DNA of 64,000 bases, taken from contig NC_086118.1 of assembly GCF_963921235.1 (NCBI RefSeq), forward strand, positions 26,786,001-26,850,000, written 5' to 3'. This document shows, in pieces, positions 39,790 through 50,567 of this stretch (within the stretch, counting starts at the first letter, position 1; every line of letters begins with the position of its first letter). The notes below the pieces were generated by a model. The model saw nothing but the letters and a program-made list of their open reading frames with translations, made no database searches and had not been told where the DNA came from. Origin of the DNA: Mobula hypostoma. Its lineage: Eukaryota. Position numbers and translations under genes: made by a program.

Positions 39790-39802
39790 GTTGCTAGGCG
39801 AC
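39790..39802. promoter_or_regulatory. RFX X-box in the CFAP52 promoter/5' leader
   Basis: GTTGCTAGGCGAC, about 40 bp upstream of the ATG; fits the X-box typical of ciliary genes. Confidence 0.75.
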
Positions 39803-40240
39803 CGTGCACATGCGCAGTGCGACTGAGTGCTCGCCCGCCCCGTTCCGATGATGTTCCACAGAGACATGCGCACTGGGGAGGGCTGCATATTGTTGACCCG
39901 CTGAGATCGCTGTTCTAATGACAAGCAGACTGATAAAATAAATTTTAAAATTCTTGCGTAAGTCATGTGAGTAACTACTCAGATGATGGAAATAGCCTTT
40001 AAATTTTTAAAGGTTAAAGCAGAAAATAATTCATGAGTTCCTGTAAGAATACACACATTTTGAAACAAAAAATCCATTTATCAGTAGAGCCTGATCTGCC
40101 ATAATTGTAATAAAATATGTCTTTGCACGCTTATGTGCAATGAAATGTTTAATTCTATCTCAAAATCTAAATAAAATGAAACGAAACATTGTGACGATGA
40201 TTTATCGAAAGGGCTACACATGCTGAATGTTAACAGCGGG

Positions 40241-40312
40241 GGTTCCATGGTGTAATGGTTAGCACTCTGGACTCTGAATCCAGCGATCCGAGTTCAAATC
40301 TCGGTGGAACCT
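40241..40312 (+). tRNA. tRNA-Gln (anticodon CTG)
   Basis: GGTTCCATGGTGTAATGGTTAGCACTCTGGACTCTGAATCCAGCGATCCGAGTTCAAATCTCGGTGGAACCT: 72-nt cloverleaf with intact A and B boxes, matching the canonical vertebrate Gln-CTG sequence as recalled. Confidence 0.97.
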
Positions 40313-40332
40313 TTAATGAACCTGCGCCATTC

Positions 40333-40336
40333 TTTT
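40333..40336 (+). terminator. Probable Pol III T-run terminator of tRNA-Gln
   Basis: First TTTT about 20 nt downstream of the tRNA. Confidence 0.55.
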
Positions 40337-40904
40337 GAGTCTGTCTGTCTATCGACAAAATGCTTACAAATAAAGTCACTACCGGTGATTTGGAAGATCA
40401 CTTATAGCTACGGTTAGCGGCGCTGATTCATAACTCTTCACTGTTCAAGACAGGAGTCAAACAGGCCTGTATCACATTACACCCACCCAATGGAATCATC
40501 TTTATTGCGGTCTTTCTTTGCCTCATTGTCCAAGAGCTGCCTCGGGGAATCCCAAACGTGTATGGAATGGACAACAGGATTTCCAGCCTCGACTGGTTCA
40601 AGGTTAAGAACCTGTTCCATGATGTTTACACGGCTTTGCTGCTGAACTGCTGGTCTTGAACGGACTCTCTTTGTGGACCTCAGTTCTGAAAGTTATTTGC
40701 TTGCTTCCACAAACAAGAGAAGATCTGCAGATGATGGAAATCCAAGCAAAACAAATGCAAGAGGAACTCAGCAGGCCAAACCGCATTTGTGGCAAAGAGT
40801 ATACAGACGATATTTTGGACCAAGATCTTTCATCCTTGCTTTTTGCTTGCTTGCTTTTATTATTGGCCTGATTTATTTGTTCTTCCTCTGCACATTGGGT
40901 ATTT

Positions 40905-41490
40905 GACAATCCCACCATGGGATCAGCTATATTGGATTGAGTGTTATGAAATGAACCAGAGGTGATTGGGGAGCTTAAGTTAAAAGACCCCTTAGGAGGC
41001 AGTGATCACAATATGATTGAGTTCAACTTGAAATTTGATGGGGAGAAAGTAAAGTCTGATGTAGCTCTATTTCAGTGGAGTAAGGGAAGTTACAATGGTA
41101 TGAGTGAGGAGTTAGCCAAAGTAACTTGGAAGGAGATGCTGGCGGGGATGACAGCAGAGCAACAAAGGCTTGAGTTTCTGGGAAAATGGGAAGGTGCAGG
41201 ATAGGTGTATTCCAAATACAAAGAAACACTCAAATGGCAAATTAGTACAATTGTGCCTGACGAAGGTAATCAAAGTTAAAGTAAAAGCAAACGAGATGGC
41301 ATACAACAAAGCAAAAATTAATGGGAAGACAGAGGACTGGGAAGCTTTTAAAAACACACATACAGAGCAAATAAAAGAAGGCTGGGGAGTGGGGGCTGAG
41401 AAGGAGAAAAATAAAGGATCAGCCATGATTCAATGCCAGAGCAGACTCAATGGGCCAAATGGCCTCATTCAGCTCCTATGTCTTATGGTC
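40905..41490 (+). mobile_element. CR1 fragment
   Basis: [14 protein letters not shown]1 3' tail cctatgtcttatggtc. Confidence 0.75.
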
Positions 41491-41589
41491 TTTTTTTGAA
41501 CAGGTTCTTTTGGGTTTCTTTCTTTTGTGGCTGTCTGTGAGGGATGAATCGCAAGGCTGCGTACATACTTTGACAAATAAATGTACTTT

Positions 41590-42116
41590 GAAGTGACAGT
41601 GAGTGTGGCTGTGGGAGGCCTCTGCACTCAGTTGATCGTTCTCTCTCTCTCCCTCAATGGTGAGTAAGAGTTTGCTACCGGTTCTCAAGTCAGGGGAACT
41701 CGAAATCAAAACACACCACAGACAGACTCTAACATCGAGCCAGCGGCTGTTTGGCGCCTCCGTTGCTGTGGAAGGAGTGATATCTCACTCTGTCTTGTCA
41801 GTGAGAGATAGCCTGAGGGATGTTGAACTGTTGCGATGAACAGTAGTTTTCGAAAGACTCTCTTTGGGTCTTTGCTGTTGCTTGCGTGGTGGGTGGTGAG
41901 AGTGCTGACGTTCTCCACGAAAATAAGTGAGGGGAGGGTTGGTGCTGCTTGCTGCTGTTCGTGCGTCAGATAGGGGCAGGTGGCTTTGGGGCTCTTCCGT
42001 TTTTTTCCTGTCACTCATTCTTTGGGGTCTTTCTGTTTTGAGGATATCTGCGGAGAGTAAGAATTTCGGATCGTATACTGTATACATTCTCTGATATTAA
42101 ATGAAACCATTGAACC
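41590..42116 (+). repeat. Unclassified interspersed repeat, related to about 55990-56595
   Basis: Shared 3' end tgtatacattctctgatattaaatg...ttgaacc and a shared GT-rich body. Confidence 0.55.
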
Positions 42117-42119
42117 ACT

Positions 42120-43330
42120 ATCATGGAGGTTCAGTATGTGGATGAAAATGCCATCATAGCACACTCCGAAGAAGACCTCCAATGTATCCTGAATGCCTTT
42201 GCCAAGGCAGCACTCTCTCCTCAAAGGCAGACATAGACTCAGAGATCAATCACCGCCTGAGTAGTGCTAGTGGAGCCCATGCAAGACTAAGGAAAAGAGT
42301 CATTGAAGACCGTGACCTACAGCTCCAAACAAATCTTTTAATCAATGGAGCAATCATCCTTCTTTTTCCAATATTTTTTATTGATTTCTATATAGAAGAA
42401 TACAGAGTCCAAGAGAATACATATCATAAAACAAAAGAACAAAAATATAATAATACCAGATACAGTATATTGAATCACATTAACAAACTCCATACTCTAT
42501 ATTCATATAGATTAGATTAATTCGTGTATTAGAACATAAACAATTTTATTTTAAAAAAAGATCTACACCCACTACCAAAGTCAAAGCTGTTTGGGAAAAA
42601 AAAAGAAAAAAAACTTATCAGATAATAAAATATACTATTAACCAACTTCTGTACTTTAACAAGAAGTCAAAGATTATGAAAATAATTTAAAAACGGCCCC
42701 CACAAATTTTGAAAATCTCGGTTAGATTCAGAAACTGGACAACGAATCTTTTGCAAATTTAGGCATGCCATAACATCCCATAACCACTGAGCATGATTAG
42801 GCAGAACAGCATCCTTCCATTTAAACAAAAACGCCCTCCGAGCCATAAGAGGGATAAAAGCAGATCAGATGTCTTTAAAATGGTATCTTTCCTTCCAACA
42901 ATACCAAATAGGATTAGGTATAGTCAAAGGATTAGATTTAAAATTTACTTTAAAGAGTACAGAAAAAGTTTGGAATACTTCCTTCCAATATTTTCCAAGA
43001 CTTGGGCACGTCCAAAACATATGAATAAATGAAGCAGTCTTCGTTCTAACATTTCAATATGGAACTGAATCATGGACCACTTGAAAGCCCAGGAGCAATA
43101 CCACCAGAGAGCCTTATGAAGGTTTTTGAGGATCAGCTGGAAGAATGGACACACTAACACCAGCCTATTGGAGGAGGCCAACATGAACCAGATCTCCACC
43201 AAGATAAAGCATCACCAAATCCGACGGAATGGTTATACCATTCAGATGCCTAACTCACATATCTCCAAAGAGATCCTTGGTTGAAGGGTGGTCAGCAAGC
43301 CCCCGGTGAGCAAAGGAAGCACTTCATAAA
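42120..43330 (+). mobile_element. RTE-clade LINE fragment interrupted by an L1-like 3' fragment (about 42362-43040, minus)
   Basis: GSTLSSKADIDSEINHRLSSASGAHARLRKRV; insert has an HMFWTCPSLGKYW motif and an A-rich tail on the minus strand. Confidence 0.7.
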
Positions 43331-43354
43331 TGGGCCAGCACTTGCAGTCAAGTA

Positions 43355-44330
43355 GACCCCTCCCTCCTGGCACTTATCCTTGTACCAATGGGAACCCACC
43401 ACTAAGCACATCTTTCCCTCCCCCCCCCAACTTTCCGCAGGGATCGCTCCCTACGCGACTCCCTCGTCCATTCGTCCCCCCCATCCCTCCCCACCGATCT
43501 CCCTCCTGGCACTTATCCTTGTAAGCGGAACAAGTGCTACACATGCCCTTACACTTCCTCCCTTACCACCATTCAAGGCCCCAGGCAGTCCTTCCAGGTG
43601 AGGTGACACTTCACCTGTGAGTCGGCTGGGGTGATATACTGCGTCTGGTGCTCCCGATGTGGCCTTTTATATATTGGCGAGACCCGACGCAGACTGGGAG
43701 ACCGCTTTGCTGAACACCTACGATCTGTCCGCCAGAGAAAGCAGGATCTCCCAGTGGCCACACATTTTAATTCCACATCCCATTCCCATTCTGACATGTC
43801 TATCCATGGCCTCCTCTACTGTCAAGATGAAGCCACACTCAGGATGAAGGAACAACACCTTATATTCTGTCTGGGTAGCCTCCAACCTGATGGCATGAAC
43901 ATTGACTTCTCTAACTTCCGCTAATGCTCCACCTCCCCCTCGTACCCCATCCGTTATTCATTTTCATACACACATTCACACATTCTTTCTCTCTCTCTCC
44001 TTTTTCTCCTTCTGTCCCTCTGACTATACCCCTTGCCCATCCTCTGGGTTCCCCCCGCCCCCCGCTTGTCTTTCTCCCCGGGCCGCCTATCCCATGATCC
44101 TCTCATATCACCTTTGCCAATCACCTGTCCAACTCTTGGCTCCATCCCTCCCCCTCCTGTCTTCTCCTATCATTTTGGATCTCCCCCTCCCCCTCCCACT
44201 TTCAAATCTCTTACTAACTCTTCCTTCAGTTAGTCCTGACGAAGGGTCTCAGCCTGAAACATCGACCGTAACTCTTCCTAGAGATGCTGCCTGGCCTGCT
44301 GTGTTCACCAGCAACTTTGATGCGTGTTGC
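43355..44330 (+). mobile_element. 5'-truncated PLE, same family as 4960-6569
   Basis: GIY-YIG ORF 43631-43924 nearly identical to the first copy; same pyrimidine-rich 3' region. Confidence 0.9.
44233..44266 (+). ncRNA. Minimal hammerhead ribozyme (AUC variant)
   Basis: GTC-CTGACGA-AGGGTCTCAGCCT-GAAA-C-ATC-GAC. Confidence 0.65.
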
Positions 44331-44844
44331 AGCAAGGAAGTATTCAAAGAGTAGCTACAAAATAACAGGAAAGATAATTAACAATTCAGATGAGTAAACA
44401 ATGTAGCAGTTAAAAAAAAATGATGATCCTTTACTAAATACTTTGATTACCATAAAGCTCTTTTTATTTTCAATTAAATTTAGCAGCACACAAAGAATAC
44501 GTTCCAAAATAATTCAAAGCATAATGTGAGTACAATGAAATAGTGTACTCTCGACCATTCAGCTCATAAACCAGTTTAATGTAAGAACAACAATCTGCTG
44601 GAGGAGTACAGTGGGTTGAACGACTGAGTTCTTTCAGCAAATTGTTTGTTGCTCCAGATTCCAGCATCAACTGTCTCTTGTGTCTTCAATGTAAAAACAA
44701 TCAATTCAGTCCCACTTGCTTGCTTTCCCTCCATAAACTTACCATTTCTTTAAAAATTATCCTACACTCCTTTTCAATACAAAGATGAAATCTGACACCA
44801 CTACCACTCCCAATAATGTATTCCAATTCTAAACACCTGCTCTT

Positions 44845-47122
44845 ACCATGAGCATTCACAAAGGGTTTATCACTATAATAGGGTTATTTTTGGAGTCACG
44901 TATGCACCTGCACTCTGGCAGAAAGCTATGAACCAGGTGCTGGAAGGCTGCCCAGGAACTCAGTGTTGTCAGGATGACAAGGAGTATCTCCAAAACATCA
45001 AGACAGTGCTAACAATATTAGAGGATTGTGAACTCAGAGCGTGATGCAACAAGTGTGGGTGACACTACTGATGCACAAGGATTGCATAAGTGTGCTGAGA
45101 AAATTCAAGCAGTGGCGGACGCCCCAAGGCCATGGTCGCAGTCTGTTTTAGGATTTGTCAGGTACTATAACAGGTTCCTGCCAAACCTGTCTACTGTGCT
45201 CCACCTTTTGATCTCATTACTACAGATCGGGAAGGAATGGCAATGGACAAAGCAGTGTGAGGTGGCTTTCAAAAGGCAAAGGAAGTAATGGCATCAGACA
45301 CTACACTCACACTTTATAATCCACATCATCCAGCAAAACTTGCCTGTGACACTTTGCGCTATGGTATGGGTGCAGTTATGTCACATGTTATGAGTGATGG
45401 AAGTGAATTCCCCATAACCTTTGCATCATGTTCCCTTGCTGCTGTCAAGAAAAATTATGCACAGATTGACAAAGAGGCCTTGAGGTTCTTTTGGGTGTAA
45501 AACTTTTTAACCAGTAGCTGTATAGGCGAGAGTTTACCCTCATTACTGGTCATCAACATCTAGGCCCAAAAGAGAAAGGCCTTGAAGTACCAAGCCTTAC
45601 TGCAGGAGTGTAAAGACAAGGGATGGCAGGCGTGGTTGTTCCCTGTGGAGATCGTCTGCAGAGGTTTTCCAGCCAAATCAGCATGGCAGTTGTTGTCAGA
45701 TCTGGGCATGGACGAAAGGAGTGAAAAACAAGCAGCTCGTAGGTTGGGGGAAGAGGCAGAACGCGCCTCTTGTTGGATTTGGAGTAGGCGAGAGGAGGGA
45801 AGCTGGAAGCCAGGAGCAGATGGGCAGTGACTTGGCCAGCCCTGCCGGCCCACCAACTGGAGAGTGTCGTAGTTAAGGGTCGAAACATTCGGTGAAGGTT
45901 GGGAACCATCTGATGACATCTGCTCCTGGCTGAAGGCTACGGTTACCTTATAAGGTAACTGGAGAATGCACCCTAACAGGTGTATGTAACAACCAAGTAT
46001 CCATTTTCAATTCACAGAAGGGTGTTCCACTAATAGCAGCGCAAATGCAGTGATGGGCTCTGTTACTTGGAGGACTCAAGATCAAACTCAAGAGGACAAC
46101 TAATCATGGAAGTGCTGACTTATTGTGCCATTTGGCCCTGGAAAAGGAAATACCCGGAAAATTTACAAAAGTGAACACTCCCCTTGACGTAAATTGAAAA
46201 TTTCCCTATTATGGCAGAGATGATCCAAAAGGAAACCAGAAAGAAAAAACTCCGAACTATCTCAGGTCTACAGGGCCACTGAAAATGCTGGAATATAGAG
46301 CAGAAGCCCCATTTCCCCCATTTTTACCAGCACTGGGATGAACTTGCCCTTGATGGGGGTTGCCTTATTTGGGGATTGAGCGTTGTTAGAACCATTCAAA
46401 CTGACAGCTAAAGAGTTGGAGGAACTACATGCCGGTCTTCTAGGCGTAGTCAAGATGAAAGTATTGGCTCGAAGCTTTTTCTAGTGGCCTGAGATAGATC
46501 AGCAGATCAAGTGGCTTGCCGTGCATTGTTCGGGATGCCAACACATCCAGAAGAAAGGTATTCAGAACCACTTCTGGCAGTCCCAGAGACAACTCCTACA
46601 ACCACCACAGAGGAGGCCCCAGAACCTGAGATTGTTTCACAGACATAAGTCTCACCCGTCAAGCAGAGCGATCCCCCTTGTCAGGAAAAATGTTACCCTA
46701 CAAGAGTTAGAAATCCTCCACAGAAATTTAATCTTCAGGCCTGAATGGGACAATTTAAAATTCACTATGCTGTCAATATCTATAGAGATAGTAGTTGTAT
46801 TATATGGTATAATATACATAGATGACTAGAGAGCAATACACTACATATTTGAGTTGAGATGAATTCTATTTTGATTTGGAGTTTATAGTTAAGCAGGGAA
46901 GAGTGTAGTGTATTTAATATTTCAGTAATATTTGAGTAATCTTGTAAATATATTATTTGATTAAGCAATCTTTGTTTACATAATTCATTATGGGTTATGT
47001 ATAAGAAGTATATGAATGGCATTCATATATGAGAGCCTCACTAAAGAAAAACTAAGTAGACAAGTCATCCCGGGCTCCTGTGTTTTTCTCTTGATAGGTT
47101 TCTGTAGTTACAAAACATAACA
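44845..47122 (+). mobile_element. Gypsy pol remnant, PPT and 3' LTR (46904-47122)
   Basis: FGVTYAPALWQKAM (RT); LACD..YGMGAVMSH, NYAQIDKEAL (RNase H); PPT aagcagggaagag before TG. Confidence 0.85.
45558..45989 (+). mobile_element. 3' fragment of an RLE-type (Hero-like, R2 group) non-LTR retrotransposon nested in Gypsy pol
   Basis: KYQALLQECKDKGWQAWLFPVEIVCRGF matches the C-terminal restriction-like endonuclease signature; flanked by CAAC. Confidence 0.75.
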
Positions 47123-47459
47123 CCTGTCACGAAAATATATTTTTCCTCATGTTACATTTAGTTCTTTTGTTGAAAGAAGTTTCAGTCTATGTTCCCTGAT
47201 TTTTGGCCGTTCTGCCAATGAAAATAGTTTTTCATTAGAATAGTCTTCATGGTTTTAATGATCAGATTTCGTGGGGATTTTCTCTTCTCGGTGGAGAAAA
47301 TGACCCTGCTCATTTAGTCCACCACATAATGAACTCCTCCATTATAGGAATAATTCTGTAAAATCCCTTCTTCACCCTCTCAAAATCGCTCGTATCTTTC
47401 CTGAACTGTGCTACCCAGTACTGAACATATTATTTCATTTGGTATTATTTTGTTGGTAC

Positions 47460-48440
47460 TGGTTTATTATTGTCACTTGTACCAGGATAAAGTGAAAAGC
47501 TAGTCCTGCATACTGTTCATATGGAATAAATCATTGCGCAGTGCATTGAGGAAGAACAAGTTAAAATGCAGAACAAAGTGTAAAAGTCAGAGAAGATGCA
47601 GTGCGGGTGAACAATAAATTACAAGATCAGAACAAGCTAGATTATGAGGTCAGGTGTCCATTTTATCATACAAGAGTTCTGTTCGAGGATCTGATTACAG
47701 TGGGATAGGAGCTGTGCTTGAGCCTGGTGCTGGTATGTGCTTTCAGGCTTTTGTATCTTCTGCTGATGGGAGAGAGCTGAAGAGAGAACATCCAGGCTGG
47801 GTGTGGTCTTTGATTATACTAGCTGCTTTACTGAGGCAATGAGAGGTATAGACAGAGTCAATAGAGGAGAGGTTGGTTTTTGCGACGTGCTGAGCCGTGT
47901 GCATAACTCTGTGCAGGTTCTTGCAGTCATGCGCAGAGCAGTTACTATAACAATCTGTTATGTATCCAGATATGGTGCATCAATACAAATTGGTAAGAAT
48001 TGACAGAAACATGCCAAATTTCTTTAGCCTCCTGAGGAAATAGAGGCCTTGGTAAAGTTTATTGGCCGTTACATCGATGTAGTTGAACCACAACAGGTTA
48101 TGGGTTATATTCGCTCTTAGGAACTTCGTGGAGTAGATTCGATGGGCCGAATGGCCGACTTCTGCTCCTTTGTCTTATGGTCTTATGGAACTTGAAGCTC
48201 TCGACACTGTTGGTGTAGGGAGGAGCATGTGCACTTCCTCCTTCCTGAAGTCAATGACCAGTTCTGTTGTTTTGTTAACTTTGAGAGAAAGGTTGCTCTC
48301 TATCCTCTTCCTGTACTCTGACTCATCATTATTTGATACAAGGCCCACTATCATATCATCTGCAAACTTATAGATGGAGGAGCTGAATCTGGCCACACAG
48401 TCTTGAGCACACAGGGAGTGGATTAGGGTTCATGCCCCTG
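47460..48440 (-). mobile_element. Rex1/Babar-like LINE 3' fragment containing a 60-bp CR1 tail insertion (48127-48186)
   Basis: IYKFADD...KTTELVIDFRK; the inner insert is flanked by GGAACTT. Confidence 0.75.
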
Positions 48441-49557
48441 TCAACTGATCTGGTTGGATCTAAGGACATATCAGGGACAGCATCTGAGCCTAATACTTTC
48501 CGCAGATTCACCCTTCGGAAAACTTACATATACTTAAAGACACATCCAGGACATCTTACATTCAGGTGAATCTCGGGCTAGATGGTGACATACCCATTTC
48601 CTTCTGTTCAAAACATGCATAGAATGTTGTTGGCTATGCTGCCCGACTTCATTTTGTAACCTGTTACACTTTGTAAGTCCCAACATATCTGACGGCTGCA
48701 CTAGGACTCAATTTTGGACTGGTACTGTCTCTTAGCTTCTCTGATAACTTTGCAGAGGTAATTACCTTGACTCCTTGTAAAGGTTAGGGTCACCTGATTT
48801 GAATGCAGCAGACCAACACTTCAGAAAAGAGTGATCTCCCAGTTCGTTGGAGTGGAACTTGTGTTTTATTAAAGTTCATCATAACTTTTTGCTATTGCTC
48901 TACCTCTCATAAGCCCAGGATTGTGTATGCTTTATTAATCACTTTCATGTCTTTTTCAATGAACTTGTATCCATGTTAGAATTACGCGCTCTTGACTATA
49001 CTGCCATTATTTCCAACCAACAATGCATTAATTCACATTTTGCAGCACTACCAACCAACATTAACATCAGGGAAAAGCCTGAAATCCATAAGGGTGAAGT
49101 AACAGAACCCTCTGAAATGAGTAATAGGATTGAGCAAAGTCAACATAGATTTAAGAATATAATGCATGACCAATATGCTGGAATTCTTTGAGCATGTGAC
49201 TTGTAGAAAAGACAAGGATGAAGCAATAAATATTGTGCACTTGGAAGTTGCTTGACTGTGAGAGTAAATAGGGTTAGGAGGAAGGAAGGTTACCAGGTTG
49301 GACTTCTGAGATTAGTGCTTGGGCTCCAGTTTTTCACTGAAGGAGGCAATTCCAAGCTTGTTGGAAGTACAAAACTGGGTGTATTTGAGAATAAGGAGGA
49401 AGATGTAAAGAGACTTTGAACGGTTATGAGAAATAGGAGTGAGTGGTAGACAATACAACAGATGGATTACAATGAGGAACGATATGTAGTTGTCTACTTT
49501 GTAAGACAATTGTATTTCTCAAATAGTATGGGGCAGGATTGAGTAGATAGGTCTCTA

Positions 49558-49609
49558 CACTGAGTGATCATTAACAAACAGGTGTACCTAATAAAGTGGT
49601 CACTGAGTG
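49558..49609. mobile_element. Miniature Tc1-derived remnant
   Basis: TA-flanked; CACTGAGTGATCA...GGTGTACCTAATAAAGTGGTCACTGAGTG. Confidence 0.6.
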
Positions 49610-50567
49610 TACTTTCAGAGCTGAGAAGGGATCTCCTGAAACATTCTTAAATAGTTTGCTGTGCCAAATGCAGGGAAGGTTCCTCCTGCCCCACCACTAG
49701 GTGATAAGTCTAGGACTAGGAGGCACAATTTCAGATTGTATAGGATGGAAAACCTTTGGAATTTTATACCTGAGATTGTTGCGTAGTATCAGTTGATATC
49801 TAGTTTGGATGAATACAACAACAGATTTCAGGACGTTAATGCTGAAAATGTCACTGAGGTTGAAGATCAGCCACAGCAGAACAGTGAAGATGGCTCAGTA
49901 TCTGGATGGCCAGTTCTTGCTTCTGTTCCTGATGTACTGTAGGATCAGTTACTCATCCAGCCGCACATTCATCCTGCCTGTCTACCAAGTCCAGGGGAAC
50001 CCCAGCGCGTTCTCCCCTCCAGTCCAAGATACAAATTTTAATTTATACAGTTCCTTATATTTCATAGACTTCAACCTCTTAAAAAACTTATCAGATGGCA
50101 CTTCATTAAATGCCCTCTGCAAGTCTACATACTTGAGCAGTAATTATCTCATCAACCCTTTCTATTTCTTCAAAACATGTTATCAGTTAGTGAAGCATGA
50201 TTTGCCTTTAATAAACAAACCTGTGCTGGTATTTTTTAGAAATCAAAGTGATTTCAAATGCTATTCTTGAAGATTATTTTAGAACTTTCCTCACTACTCT
50301 TGAATTGGGGTGTAGAATTATAATTTTCTTGTAGTTTAACTTTCCTGCACTTGCTTGTATTTTTATATAATCACCTATATACATGTAATTACTGTACTCA
50401 GTGAATCTTCCAATAATGCAGTATAGTTGCTTCCATATTATTTCAGATATCACTTCTTAGCTTTCAGTAGCAAGTGTCACACAACTTGAATGTGGCTATT
50501 TCATGGGTTGTTGTTAATGGAATTTTGTTATTCCTAATCTGAGTATGAGAAGACAACAATTATATTT

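Larger units (their letters stand above)
39550..39910 (-). promoter_or_regulatory. CpG/GC-rich CFAP52 promoter region with an NRF1-like site (39805-39816) and a GC box (39834-39841)
   Basis: Local GC and CpG enrichment in an AT-rich background; TGCACATGCGCA; CCCGCCCC. Confidence 0.65.

Noticed and set aside
39846..39910. Possible C/D-box snoRNA (ATGATG...CTGA) upstream of CFAP52
   Set aside because: Box C is imperfect, there is no convincing terminal stem, and the site is not intronic.
43601..43610. In-frame TGA in the second PLE copy as a possible selenocysteine codon
   Set aside because: The sister copy has CGA at the same site (about 5818-5820), which indicates CpG decay.
29790..47122. 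The Gypsy 5' half (minus, 29790-31188) and 3' half (plus, 44845-47122) share an LTR family and could be one element split by an inversion
   Set aside because: Such an inversion would flip CFAP52 exons 1-2 relative to exons 3-10, yet all are co-oriented. The outer LTR flanks (CATGA vs CCTGT) also do not form a TSD. They are treated as independent copies.
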